A DNA stretch of 64,000 nt from Bacilli bacterium (GTDB lineage Bacteria; Bacillota_I; Bacilli_A; RFN20; CAG-826), in NCBI GenBank assembly GCA_045132035.1, contig JBGURM010000092.1, positions 7,641 through 71,640 on the forward strand. The letters run 5' to 3'. The position numbers and the translations under genes are program-made. The notes beneath the pieces were generated by a model. It was not told the DNA's origin. It saw only the letters and a program-made list of their open reading frames with translations, and did no database searches. Below, piece after piece: positions 1 to 10,154 of this stretch (positions within the stretch are counted from its first letter, which is position 1; every line of letters starts with the position of its first letter).

Positions 1-923
1 TTTCCAATAACACCTTTTGTTGAGAAATATCTATTTTTATATGCATTAGAGAATGTTCTCATTAATTCCATATAGTCGTCACTGACACCAGCGAATTTTC
101 CTTGAGCATCAGTTAAAGCAAAATCGATAGATCCTTGTAATGTTTGTTCATTAAGGCTTGTATATGGTAAACCATATTGTTCTGCAAGTGTAATGAATAA
201 GTTATCATCTGAATCATAGCCAACTAACGCCCAGTTGTCTTTATAGTCAGCACCTGGAGTTAAGATTTTCTTGTCTTCAGGTAATTTTGCGTCGTAGGCC
301 ATAATGGCTGGACATAATTTATTGAAGAGTTCATCCCAAGTTAAATGTTGGAGATAATCATCATCAAGTGGCTCGCCATCATTAATCTCATCATCAATAC
401 CAGAAAGGTCTAAGTCGATTAAGATTGTACGATTGTAATACATCGCTTCAGTTGATTTACAAAGTGGAAGTGAATATGTTCCAGGAATAAAGTAATCACT
501 ACCTTCAGCGAGGTATGCTTCTGGAATGTCATCAATATCTTCTTGAGTCCAGCCAATTTCTGGATCGTTCATATATTTAGACATATCAAGTGCTTTACCA
601 GCATAAATGAAGTCAGCAACTGAATCTGGATAAGCAACGATTGCATCTGGATAGTCACCAGCAGCGAATCCTTTAACTGCTAAATCGGCTAAGCCATCGT
701 AGCCCATACCTGTTTGTTTGGTATATTTAACAGTGTATTCAGGATGCAATTCTTTCATTTTGTTGATTGCTTTATCAACGATTGCACCATAGGTGTCATT
801 GAATGTTCCCCATACTTTAATGAGATATCCATTATCAGGGACTCCTTGTTGTCCACATCCAGCAAGAGCGGAAACACTCATGAGTGATGCAGCTGCAATT
901 AATAATTTTCTGAATTTTTTCAT
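1..923 (-). CDS. ABC transporter substrate-binding lipoprotein, sugar/CUT1 family. Only the N-terminal ~307 codons are in the window; the C-terminus lies beyond coordinate 1.
   Basis: Not in the ORF track because it runs off the window. Reverse-strand ATG at 921-923 with an AAGGAGAAT RBS. Translation MKKFRKLLIAAASLMSVSALAGCGQQ... has lipobox L-A-G-C. It is the last gene after the permease/permease/ATPase genes on the same strand. Confidence 0.65.
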   Translation of the reverse strand, partial: MKKFRKLLIAAASLMSVSALAGCGQQGVPDNGYLIKVWGTFNDTYGAIVDKAINKMKELHPEYTVKYTKQTGMGYDGLADLAVKGFAAGDYPDAIVAYPDSVADFIYAGKALDMSKYMNDPEIGWTQEDIDDIPEAYLAEGSDYFIPGTYSLPLCKSTEAMYYNRTILIDLDLSGIDDEINDGEPLDDDYLQHLTWDELFNKLCPAIMAYDAKLPEDKKILTPGADYKDNWALVGYDSDDNLFITLAEQYGLPYTSLNEQTLQGSIDFALTDAQGKFAGVSDDYMELMRTFSNAYKNRYFSTKGVIG

Positions 924-969
924 ATTAATTCTCCTTTTTATTATAAATGCATAAGCATTATAAACTTTT

Positions 970-1956
970 TTAACCCTTAATACCGGCTCTTCCAACACCA
1001 CGCATGATGTATTTACGGAAGAAGACGAATAATAAGAAGAGTGGGACTGTAACAAGAACTGTCGCTGCCATACGATATCCGTATTCAGTAATTCCTGTAT
1101 CAGCGTTTGTGAAGCTTGATCCACGTAAACCGTTTGAGATTAATTGGTAAGCTTCGTTTTTACAAACAAGTTGAGGCCACATATATGAATTCCAAGTTCC
1201 CATAAATTTGAGAATCGAAATTGAAATAAGTGTTGGAGCAGCAAGAGGAACCATGACTTTCCATAAGTAGTTCCAATCGCTCTTACCATCAACTTTGGCC
1301 GCTAAATATAATTCATTAGGGATTTGTTTGAAGTTTTGTCTTAATAAATAGATATAGAAGACACTAACCCAGAAAGGAACAATCATACATGCATAAGCTT
1401 GTAGTAATGTTTGACTGTCACTTTCAATCCATCCAAATGATGCGACGGTGATGTAGTTAGATAAGACCATCATTTCGCCAGGAATCATCATTGTCATAAG
1501 TAAGATTGCAAACACTGTTTCTCTACCTTTGAATTTAAGTCTAGAGAAGGCAAATGCCGCAAAGACTGTAGTAAGAAGTGTACCAATTGTTGAGAAGATA
1601 GCGACAACAACTGTGTTAACCATATAAGTTGAGAAATCAAATTTTTGGAAAACATACACATAGTTACTCCACATAACGATTTCTGGGAAGTAGGTTTGTC
1701 TACCACCAGTAGACATACCAGTGATTTCATCTAATGATTTAAGTGAGGTAATAATCATCCAATAGAATGGGAAGATTACGAGTAACGCTAATGCGACAAT
1801 AAACGCATAGGTAATGATTGTTGAAATAATCTTTGTAACTTTTTCAGCCTTTTTGATTGTTTCAACAGTTTTGCCGGCTTCTTTAATAGAAAGTGTAATA
1901 TTTTGGTTTAAATTTTGACCACGAAAGTTGTTATAAGTTTTTGCCATAAACAACAC
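970..1956 (-). CDS. ABC transporter permease (MalG/UgpE-like inner-membrane subunit)
   Basis: Polytopic membrane protein with the EAA-type loop AAKVDGKSDWNYLWKVMVPLAAP. Adjacent to a second permease and the ATPase. Confidence 0.8.
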   Translation of the reverse strand: MLFMAKTYNNFRGQNLNQNITLSIKEAGKTVETIKKAEKVTKIISTIITYAFIVALALLVIFPFYWMIITSLKSLDEITGMSTGGRQTYFPEIVMWSNYVYVFQKFDFSTYMVNTVVVAIFSTIGTLLTTVFAAFAFSRLKFKGRETVFAILLMTMMIPGEMMVLSNYITVASFGWIESDSQTLLQAYACMIVPFWVSVFYIYLLRQNFKQIPNELYLAAKVDGKSDWNYLWKVMVPLAAPTLISISILKFMGTWNSYMWPQLVCKNEAYQLISNGLRGSSFTNADTGITEYGYRMAATVLVTVPLFLLFVFFRKYIMRGVGRAGIKG

Positions 1957-1959
1957 CTC

Positions 1960-3093
1960 CTAGTAATAAACTCTACTCTTCGACACTTTAGATTGAATAA
2001 GTGTGAAGATAAGAATCGCAGCGAACAATAGGACTGCACCGGCAGCAGCGTATTGAATCATTGTTTGGCTATCATGTTCAAGAATATCGTAAACATAATA
2101 GACAACTGTTAATAAGTTCTTTTCAGTAGAGGCACCACCACTACCTGCGGTACTTGGAGCACCAAAGATAGAAATGATGGAGTTATATTCCTTAAACGCT
2201 CCGATAAATCCAGTAATCATTAAGTATAAGATTTGAGGAGAGAGCAATGGAACGGTGATTCTAAGGAGGACTTTTCCTTTAGAAGCACTATCGATTTGAG
2301 CGGCTTGATAATATTGTTTATCAACGCCTTGAAGACCTGATAATAAGATTAAAATCTTAAATGGAATGGAGTTCCAAACAATGTAGATACAAAGTGGCAC
2401 CATCGCGGTCCAGTGTTCAGCGTTTTGAATCCATGCGATATTTGTATGGAACAAATTGTTAATAATACCTTGTCTATCAAAGATAACTGCGAAGACCATA
2501 CCAATAGCGATACCATTAGTAACATAAGGTAAGAAGAACACTGTTTGTAAGAATTTTTGGAACCATTTAATGGAGTTAAGAGCAACTGCGATAATAAGAG
2601 CTAAGAAGATTGATAATGGAACAGTCACGAATGCGATAAGAACTGTGTTAGGGATCGCAAAGTTCACAAAGTTAGTTTCTGTCGCTCTTTGTCCACTAGC
2701 GTTGATATATTCTTTTAAGCCAAGAACAACGCCAAAGTTATCAAGTGTCAATCCAGTACCATATCCTTTAATATAGCTATACTCTTTCGCGAACGCGATA
2801 TAGATTGTATTAATTAAAGGATAGAGCAAGAAGATTGCCACCAAGATGATAACTGGTGCTAGATATAACCATGCTTTCCAGTTATTTTTGCTAGCAACAT
2901 CATCAATTCCACTGACACGATAGCTCTTTGTTGGTCTTTTTCCAACTAAGCGAACCACCACGTCTTTTTCAGAATCATACCCTTCAGAAATATCTGGGAT
3001 TCCAGTGTCAAATAAGGATTCCGCAGCTCCAGGTTGATCAGTAGAAGCTGATTTTTTGCTATTGAAAAGTTTTTTAATTTTTTCTAATAACAT
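1960..3093 (-). CDS. ABC transporter permease (MalF/UgpA-like) with an N-terminal extension
   Basis: EAA loop AAQIDSASKGKVLLRITVPLLSP and multiple TM helices. Sits 9 nt downstream of the ATPase gene. Confidence 0.8.
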   Translation of the reverse strand: MLLEKIKKLFNSKKSASTDQPGAAESLFDTGIPDISEGYDSEKDVVVRLVGKRPTKSYRVSGIDDVASKNNWKAWLYLAPVIILVAIFLLYPLINTIYIAFAKEYSYIKGYGTGLTLDNFGVVLGLKEYINASGQRATETNFVNFAIPNTVLIAFVTVPLSIFLALIIAVALNSIKWFQKFLQTVFFLPYVTNGIAIGMVFAVIFDRQGIINNLFHTNIAWIQNAEHWTAMVPLCIYIVWNSIPFKILILLSGLQGVDKQYYQAAQIDSASKGKVLLRITVPLLSPQILYLMITGFIGAFKEYNSIISIFGAPSTAGSGGASTEKNLLTVVYYVYDILEHDSQTMIQYAAAGAVLLFAAILIFTLIQSKVSKSRVYY

Positions 3094-3102
3094 ATGGCCT
3101 CC

Positions 3103-5013
3103 TTATTTTGTGTAAATTCTTTCTTCTGTTTCGCCATCAAAGATGAAGATTTTATGAGGTTTAACTTTAAATGCAACTGGTCCTGGAAGAACTGTGTCAT
3201 CAGCAGAAATAATTGCTTTGAAAGTTGGTTTTGTACAATTTTCGTTATTAGCAACAACACTAATATCACGACCCATAACTTGGATCATTTCACAATTAGC
3301 ATGTAAGACATCTTTGTCTTTATCACTTGCAAGAACAAATCCTTCTGGTCTAATAGCGACATAGACATCTTTATTACCAATTTCTTCATTTGCAGTATAA
3401 ACACAATCGTTACCAACAAAGACTTTCTTTCCTTCAACACGTCCATAGAAAACGTTGATTGGTGGAGTTCCTAAGAATTGAGCAACGAATAAGTTAGCTG
3501 GTGAATTGTAAACATCTTGTGGTTTACCCATTTGTTGCATTTCACCGAGTTTCATAACAACGATTTGATCGGAAATGGACATCGCTTCTTCTTGGTCATG
3601 GGTAACGAAGACAGAAGTAATACCTGTTTCTTGTTGAATACGTCTAATTTCTTCACGTGTTTGTAATCTTAAACGAGCGTCTAAGTTAGATAATGGTTCA
3701 TCTAATAACAAGACGCGTGGGTGTTTAACTAAAGCACGAGCAATAGCGACACGTTGTTGTTGACCACCAGAAAGTTGTGATGGTTTACGTTGTAAATATT
3801 CATCAACTTGAACGAGTTTTGCAGTTTCGTAAACGATATCGCGTCTTTCTTCTTTGGTGAGCTTACGGTGGCTGATTGCTTGAGAAACTGCAGTTTCAAC
3901 ATCAACAAGTTGGAATTTTTCCGCTAATTCTTTTAATAATTCAGCAGATTGTTCTTGTGATGTCTTTAATAACTTAAAGTAAATTTTAGTGTGTTCTTTA
4001 TCAAAGTAAATTTTGAAATCAGCAACGCCACATTTATGTTCCGCTAAGAATCTCTTAACGTTTTGAGTAAGTTCTCTATTGTTAACTGAAGATACTGTGA
4101 AATAAGGATTTTCATATGGATAAGAGGCTTTAACGGCTTCAAACCATTCATTAATTCTTAAGTGTTTGACACCTAAAACACGCGCCATGATTTCATAACC
4201 ATGTTGTGTCTTGGTGATAACTACTTCAGCTGGTTTTCCAAATTCACTAGAGGTTGAATTGAAGAGTTTGATTGTTTCATCAATCGAACTTGTTGAGAAG
4301 TTCTTTCCTAAACGGCCACGGAAAGAAGCATCGATTGTTTCATTTTCAGTGATTATTTCCACTGTCGCACGGAATGTTGTATCAAATAAAGCGTCACTTG
4401 ATTGAACTTCATCTTCGCTTTCAAGTTTAACATCAATAATCTTGTTAACATTATCTGCGAATAACGCTTTTGATGTTTTGGAAACATTAACTAATTCAAC
4501 TTTAATTTCTAAGTTGCGTTCTTTTTCTTGAACATCGAGCTTGAATTGTTTTCTTGAATAACCGGTTTTAGCCGCGAGTGATTGGAAAGCTTTTTTAATT
4601 CCATTAACATCATCGTCTTCCTTCATTTGATAGGAATAAGCAAGATGATATGTGAAGAATGTTTCAAGAGGAACTTCGACTTGTAAACTTGTTAATGGGA
4701 ATTCAATATTCTTATAAATTGTCATATGAGGATATAATGCGTAGTTTTGGAAAACTAAACCAATACCTCTTTTTTCTGGAGATAAGTTGGTAACTTCTTG
4801 ATCACCAAACCAAACTTCACCAGATGTTGGAACTTGTAATCCTGAAATCATATAAAGTGTAGTTGATTTACCACATCCTGATGGGCCAAGAAGACCGACA
4901 AGTGTGCCATCATCAACAACAAAATCCAAGTCCTTAACAGCGATGGTATCACGAATATTCTTTTTGGCATCGCCTGGGAAGATTTTTGTTAAACTCTTAA
5001 TCTTAATTTCCAT
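3103..5013 (-). CDS. ABC transporter ATP-binding protein (MalK/UgpC-like), 636 aa, with a ~280-aa insertion between the Q-loop and the ABC signature
   Basis: Walker A GPSGCGKST, Q-loop VFQNYALYPH, signature LSGGQQQRVAIARAL at residue ~414, Walker B LLLDEPLSNLDA, H-loop VTHDQ, and a C-terminal MalK-type regulatory domain. Confidence 0.85.
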   Translation of the reverse strand: MEIKIKSLTKIFPGDAKKNIRDTIAVKDLDFVVDDGTLVGLLGPSGCGKSTTLYMISGLQVPTSGEVWFGDQEVTNLSPEKRGIGLVFQNYALYPHMTIYKNIEFPLTSLQVEVPLETFFTYHLAYSYQMKEDDDVNGIKKAFQSLAAKTGYSRKQFKLDVQEKERNLEIKVELVNVSKTSKALFADNVNKIIDVKLESEDEVQSSDALFDTTFRATVEIITENETIDASFRGRLGKNFSTSSIDETIKLFNSTSSEFGKPAEVVITKTQHGYEIMARVLGVKHLRINEWFEAVKASYPYENPYFTVSSVNNRELTQNVKRFLAEHKCGVADFKIYFDKEHTKIYFKLLKTSQEQSAELLKELAEKFQLVDVETAVSQAISHRKLTKEERRDIVYETAKLVQVDEYLQRKPSQLSGGQQQRVAIARALVKHPRVLLLDEPLSNLDARLRLQTREEIRRIQQETGITSVFVTHDQEEAMSISDQIVVMKLGEMQQMGKPQDVYNSPANLFVAQFLGTPPINVFYGRVEGKKVFVGNDCVYTANEEIGNKDVYVAIRPEGFVLASDKDKDVLHANCEMIQVMGRDISVVANNENCTKPTFKAIISADDTVLPGPVAFKVKPHKIFIFDGETEERIYTK

Positions 5014-5033
5014 ATATTAACTCCTCTATGAAA

Positions 5034-7793
5034 TTATTTAGTGCCATCATCAACGGCATCTTCGTTAAGTTTTAATTTTTTGGCTTGTCTACGTTGTTTA
5101 TTCGATTTGAATTTGCCAACAATAAACTTGATAAAGTAGCCAATAATCACGATTGAAATAACACCAGGAACAACGATAAAGACGTCGATTGGGTTATGAA
5201 CCGCGACTGCATTACTAAATAGTCCTGCTCTAAAGATGATAAAGAGGACAGTAATTGAAATGATTAATAAACCGACATATCCAAGAACAGCGGTCTTGAC
5301 ATAAGCTTTTGGTTTCATTCTTCTAAATTCATCGTTCTTATATTTTTCTCTTAAAACAAAGAATAGGACTGTTGCTCCGATTGCATACGCTGCTAGAGCA
5401 ACTAACTCAAAAATAAGAACAAACATGAAGATATCGTAAACTTTTGCGTTTGCGTTTTCAGGCATGACATCAATCGCACCAAAGTGGATGGATAAATCAG
5501 TACGTCCAACTTTAGTTGATTGAGCAATATTCCATAAGTGAATATTAATAGTAAATCCAACGATTTCTAATTGTTTTAAATTCTCAATTGCGAAATCATT
5601 ATATTTCTTGCCGCCTTCTTCATAAGTAATATCACTATTATTTATTAAATAAGAAAGCTTGTTACCAGAATCTTTTTCAAGAACAACAACAGAGTTAGGT
5701 GTCTTGATTGGCGTGGTAACTGTCACAATCTTATTTAAAGATGGTGAGTAATATGTTAAACGGTAGAATGAGTTATTGATGTTATAGACTGCATAACGGA
5801 CAGAATAAGAACCATCGTTAATCTTGTCTTGAACAGAGTTTTTAACATCTTCACTGATTCCTTCAAACCAGTAGGATGGTAAAACCTTATCAACATTCAT
5901 TGAAATCATTGAATAGCCAAAGAATTTTGTTAAACCAGTGAATTTATATTTAACAACTGAATTGACATTAACTTCGTTCTTATAACGTTTGCTAGCAGAA
6001 GCAGTAAAGCTAACTTTGGTGTCTGGATAACGATAGGTGAGATATTTCTCCACTGCGTGTCCTTCTTCAACTGTTTTGGTTAAAATCTTAGTTGATCTTG
6101 CACGATAAATGTTATAAACATCAACAGAAGTAGCGTCAAACTCTTCGTGGTCCTCTAATAAAATATCAAATGAACGAGAAAGAGGTTGAGTTCTAACTGA
6201 ATCATAATAAGAAGTTGAAGTTGAAGTTGGTTCTTCAGATTGTAATGGGAATTCATACCACACTTTTCTAATAGAGTTGTCTCTTGTGTTTCTAATATCA
6301 TAAGAAACAACAAGTGGTTTTTGGAATTCTGGAGTTACATCTGGAAGAATAGTAACTGTATGTCCTTGTGGACACTTTCCTTCAACTAGGTCAGATAATT
6401 GGTAGATTTCATTACAGTGTTCACAGAAGAATGTATCGTGTTGAGTATATTTATATCCTAATATAAAGGTTGTATCTTCGTTTGCTAATCTGAACATTCT
6501 GTCAGTTGAAGTGACATTTGCGTTTCTCTTACTTTCATCAAAAGCAACGCCCCATTCAACTTTCGCTCCGCTTGAAACCCATGAATCAGACCAAAGAGCA
6601 GGTTTAGAAGTTGCTTCACATTTAAATGTTACTGAAGCAGGAACATCAGTGAACGCTTTTGATTCAATTTCTTCGATTCCTTTTGGAATGTAAATTTCAG
6701 AGATATTGCCAATATATTGTTCGTTATCATCGAATTGGTCGAAATCAAGTGCGTGTGAGGCAATTCTATTATTAGCGATAGTTAAATCACTGCCATATTG
6801 CATTGTTTCTGGAACATAAATTGTTGATGCATTATCAATTAATCTTAAAACATAACCTTCTAAGGCGTGAGGAGCGGATGAACCATCTCTTACTGGATTA
6901 TCAAAATCGCCAGTCCAATTAACATCGTCCACTACTGCGTAAACGTTATTAGTGCTGTTACCAGCAGAGTTAGATAATTTACCAAATGTTTTTTTAGCGG
7001 TACCAATTGATTGGTCGATTTGGTTTGTTTCATTACCTGTACTACGACCGGTTGTTTCTTTTCCGACTAGTTCATAACCCCATTCGATATTTGATGGATC
7101 GATATCACCAAACCAATCGTTAGCCCATCCAGCTGGTTTTGAAGCTTCGCAAATCTTCACTTTGACATTTGCAGGGACATTTTGGAATGCTTTAGACTCA
7201 ATCACTTCGATTCCACTAGGAATGATTAGTCTTTCAAATTTTGCTTCTTCCAGTCCTTTTTCAAAAACAAATGCATCAGAAAGGATTCTATTATTTTTAA
7301 TAGAGAATGTGTTTCCGTAACTTACTGTTTGAGGAATAACGAATTCTGTAATTTTTACTCTAGATTCTCCTGAGCCGTAATCCAAAGTAAATGTTGCAGC
7401 GTTTGTCATTTCAATTGTGTAACCATTGAATTGTGGATTTGTCTTATCACTCAAAGATGGTTGAGATTCAGAACCAGAATAATCTGGGTCATCAATAACA
7501 ATGTAAGCATTCTTCTTTGGAGTGCCCCATCCAGTAACGCTAACACTTGTAAAGGTGATGGTTGCTGATTTACTTGTTGGAGTACTTGTCAAAGATTGAA
7601 TATCTACCGTCAATTCATTCCTGCCTAGTTCAACCGAAGAATTAAAAGATGCTTCAGAATATGGAGCATCATTACCATCGCTTAAAGCGGAGGCTTTCTT
7701 GACAGAGATAGAAGAGAAATTGGCTGCAGAAACGGCCATAACAAAAGAAAAAATAGTCGTAATTGCAGCACCAAAGAATTTTTTATTATTCAT
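5034..7793 (-). CDS. Large surface protein: signal peptide, two duplicated BspA-like LRR (LRR_5-type) modules, a CxxC...CxxxH motif, and a C-terminal multi-TM anchor
   Basis: N-terminus MNNKKFFGAAITTIFSFVMAVSA. Internal duplication (...IIPSGIEVIESKAFQNVPANVKVKICEASKPAGWANDW... and ...IYIPKGIEEIESKAFTDVPASVTFKCEATSKPALWSDSW...). CEHCNEIYQLSDLVEGKCPQGH motif. Hydrophobic C-terminal segments. Confidence 0.5.
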   Translation of the reverse strand: MNNKKFFGAAITTIFSFVMAVSAANFSSISVKKASALSDGNDAPYSEASFNSSVELGRNELTVDIQSLTSTPTSKSATITFTSVSVTGWGTPKKNAYIVIDDPDYSGSESQPSLSDKTNPQFNGYTIEMTNAATFTLDYGSGESRVKITEFVIPQTVSYGNTFSIKNNRILSDAFVFEKGLEEAKFERLIIPSGIEVIESKAFQNVPANVKVKICEASKPAGWANDWFGDIDPSNIEWGYELVGKETTGRSTGNETNQIDQSIGTAKKTFGKLSNSAGNSTNNVYAVVDDVNWTGDFDNPVRDGSSAPHALEGYVLRLIDNASTIYVPETMQYGSDLTIANNRIASHALDFDQFDDNEQYIGNISEIYIPKGIEEIESKAFTDVPASVTFKCEATSKPALWSDSWVSSGAKVEWGVAFDESKRNANVTSTDRMFRLANEDTTFILGYKYTQHDTFFCEHCNEIYQLSDLVEGKCPQGHTVTILPDVTPEFQKPLVVSYDIRNTRDNSIRKVWYEFPLQSEEPTSTSTSYYDSVRTQPLSRSFDILLEDHEEFDATSVDVYNIYRARSTKILTKTVEEGHAVEKYLTYRYPDTKVSFTASASKRYKNEVNVNSVVKYKFTGLTKFFGYSMISMNVDKVLPSYWFEGISEDVKNSVQDKINDGSYSVRYAVYNINNSFYRLTYYSPSLNKIVTVTTPIKTPNSVVVLEKDSGNKLSYLINNSDITYEEGGKKYNDFAIENLKQLEIVGFTINIHLWNIAQSTKVGRTDLSIHFGAIDVMPENANAKVYDIFMFVLIFELVALAAYAIGATVLFFVLREKYKNDEFRRMKPKAYVKTAVLGYVGLLIISITVLFIIFRAGLFSNAVAVHNPIDVFIVVPGVISIVIIGYFIKFIVGKFKSNKQRRQAKKLKLNEDAVDDGTK

Positions 7794-7886
7794 ATGCAGT
7801 TCCTCAGGTAACTTTGTTCACGAATATTATACGTGAGTGTATGTATAGTAGTCAAACAATTAAATGTACGTATGTTAAAACTAACA

Positions 7887-8948
7887 CTACTCTTTATCTA
7901 TCAATTTGAACGGGATTGCTTCCTTGTGATCTAAGGAATATTCAACAGCGATTTCATATTTGCTGAAGTAGACTTTTTGCTTATTTGTGTCAATTTCAGT
8001 TAACCCAAGCATATAGTCTGGAAAACCTTGTTTCCTCTTTGAAAACACCATCATGGAAAATGAAATAATGAATGGTAAACCAAAGGAAAATAGGCTTAAT
8101 ACTAGCTCTCCAAAGAAGAAAATAGCCCATCTAGCCGTATATCTTCCAAATGAAGGATTAAGCACTTTAGAATCAACAAGTCCAATTTGCATAAGCCTCT
8201 TTCCAAAGGTTGATCTTCCTCTTCTAAAAATCAAAACAGGAGGGACAAAATAGATAATCACACCAGAAACAAACACTGCAGTTGGGATTTGAATAAAAAA
8301 CAAAATGTTGGATAAAGTTTTAAGCGCAGTTTGATATTCAGGGAAGAAAGAAATTAAAAAACCACCGCAATTGGTTAATGTGTATTCTCGATAAAAATGG
8401 GTGTAATAATATTCGTCTCCCGCTTTAGCGTTTGGGTTACGAACAATCTTCTCCACCATTACGCCTCCTTCTTCTACAGTTGTCTTAATGAAAAGGTTTC
8501 TACCTTCTGAATCTAAAACTTTAGAAGATAGTCTACTTTCATCATAATTCTTCACCAATTCGTCATATTGTTCGGTTGTGCCATTATTTTGAACATAGGT
8601 AATAAAGTTATCGATCGCTAATTGGCAACGATACACCCTAGTGTGATAAGCGGTATCGTTATTGTTGTCTAAATATGTTGAAATGTTCTCCCATGTTTTT
8701 CTTTTGGAAGAATATTCAAATAACCCAGAATCTTTTCTATAAGTCGCTACGACATTATCAGCAGCGCGATATTGAGGGGTTACTTCCGCTGTTTTTTGAA
8801 CAGCAATAAACATCGCAATAAAAGTTAAGAAAAGGAAAATGATATCAAGGAAATTACCAAAACATCTCTTGATGAATGGTGGTTGCTCATAAACAAGATT
8901 AATCGAATTTTCAGGAGCGTCTATTACTTCAAGGGATTCTTTTTCCAT
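7887..8948 (-). CDS. RDD-family-like integral membrane protein with a large extracytoplasmic insertion
   Basis: N-terminal IKRCFGNFLDIIFLF (R...D) and later FGKRLMQIGLVD resemble RDD-family motifs. Multiple TM segments. Confidence 0.4.
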   Translation of the reverse strand: MEKESLEVIDAPENSINLVYEQPPFIKRCFGNFLDIIFLFLTFIAMFIAVQKTAEVTPQYRAADNVVATYRKDSGLFEYSSKRKTWENISTYLDNNNDTAYHTRVYRCQLAIDNFITYVQNNGTTEQYDELVKNYDESRLSSKVLDSEGRNLFIKTTVEEGGVMVEKIVRNPNAKAGDEYYYTHFYREYTLTNCGGFLISFFPEYQTALKTLSNILFFIQIPTAVFVSGVIIYFVPPVLIFRRGRSTFGKRLMQIGLVDSKVLNPSFGRYTARWAIFFFGELVLSLFSFGLPFIISFSMMVFSKRKQGFPDYMLGLTEIDTNKQKVYFSKYEIAVEYSLDHKEAIPFKLIDKE

Positions 8949-10145
8949 TTACTTAATATCTCCTCTTTTTTTCGCTAATTCAAGTTCTTTCATCTCTTCT
9001 TTTGCTTTAATGATCCCATCTACTTCTTCTGAAGAAATCATAACTGTTTGACTAAGTAAATCAATCGCAGACCTATTAAATGAATGGAATAAGAGAATAA
9101 ATAATCCCGCTAATAGAGCAACAACAGAAATGACGCTTAATATTGGAAGCACAGGTAATCTCAAAGAATAGATAAATGTAGTATAACTTAATGGTATGAA
9201 CATAATAAATGGCAAATCAAACACCAAATAGTATAGCGAAGTTAAAAATGCTTCTGGTTTATTAATTGGTTGAAGATGTTTATAATTAAGCCTATCAATT
9301 TTCATAATTGATTGAGTTGGAGTGTGCAATGATCGATTGATCAAAGGATAAATGACATATACGATTAGCCATCCAATAACGTAAGAAATCGCACAACACA
9401 CCGATAAAGTCGCATAATATTTATTAGCGATACTAGTCATAATTGCCTGATTTTCATTAAATGAATTACCAAGCGAATCCTTTAAATCATTCTTATAAAT
9501 GTCTTGGATTACGCATCCAAATAAAGCAGAGAATAAATCGTTAATTTTTTCATAATACTCTCTTCCTTTTGAGCCTAAATTCTCTCCAGGCATAAAATAA
9601 ATTCTTACTTCCGCAATAACTTCTTCTTTTAAAGAAACGCTTGTAGAAGTAACAATAAATAAATTAGCTTCTTTATTATGATTCAAAAACAAATCATAGT
9701 AGGTTATAGAGTCTGAGCGGATATTATTGTAATAAGTCCAAATGACTTCATTTTCTAATTTATGTGAATATTCAGGGTATTCTGGATTTAAAGATGTTTC
9801 ATCTGGGAATGTATAATACGCAAGAAACCTATTAAATGTATACGCTAAATTACTATCGAAGTCATATTTCTTATAATTACCACTAGCGTTTTCATCGGTT
9901 TTATAAAAGAGCAACTGATGTTCATAAAGAATATTGTCTCTTTTTTTCTCAGCAGCGTAAGATCTTTCAGTTTCAGGTTTAACAAAAATTGAACAAATCG
10001 GCATAACCGCAATATTCATGATGATAATGCTAATAATGAAGTGAATGAAAAAGTCCCCGAGGAAAACGAGGATTCTTCTCCATTTTGAGATTGGATGTAT
10101 ATCTATTTCTATTACTTCTTTTTTCTTGATTTGATCAGAATACAT
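8949..10145 (-). CDS. RDD-family-like integral membrane protein, paralogous architecture to the downstream gene
   Basis: KWRRILVFLGDFFIHFII (R...D) at the N-terminus, a TM-rich C-terminus, and start/stop abutting the neighbouring gene. Confidence 0.35.
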   Translation of the reverse strand: MYSDQIKKKEVIEIDIHPISKWRRILVFLGDFFIHFIISIIIMNIAVMPICSIFVKPETERSYAAEKKRDNILYEHQLLFYKTDENASGNYKKYDFDSNLAYTFNRFLAYYTFPDETSLNPEYPEYSHKLENEVIWTYYNNIRSDSITYYDLFLNHNKEANLFIVTSTSVSLKEEVIAEVRIYFMPGENLGSKGREYYEKINDLFSALFGCVIQDIYKNDLKDSLGNSFNENQAIMTSIANKYYATLSVCCAISYVIGWLIVYVIYPLINRSLHTPTQSIMKIDRLNYKHLQPINKPEAFLTSLYYLVFDLPFIMFIPLSYTTFIYSLRLPVLPILSVISVVALLAGLFILLFHSFNRSAIDLLSQTVMISSEEVDGIIKAKEEMKELELAKKRGDIK

Positions 10146-10154
10146 TCAAACACC

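Noticed and set aside
1494-2776. Short track ORFs inside the permease genes (1494-1730, 2349-2585, 2570-2776) and many similar antisense/embedded ORFs (for example within fusA, rpoC, rpoB and the LRR gene)
   Set aside because: They are fully embedded in, or antisense to, well-supported long genes and have no RBS or homology signal. They are treated as frame noise in an AT-rich genome.
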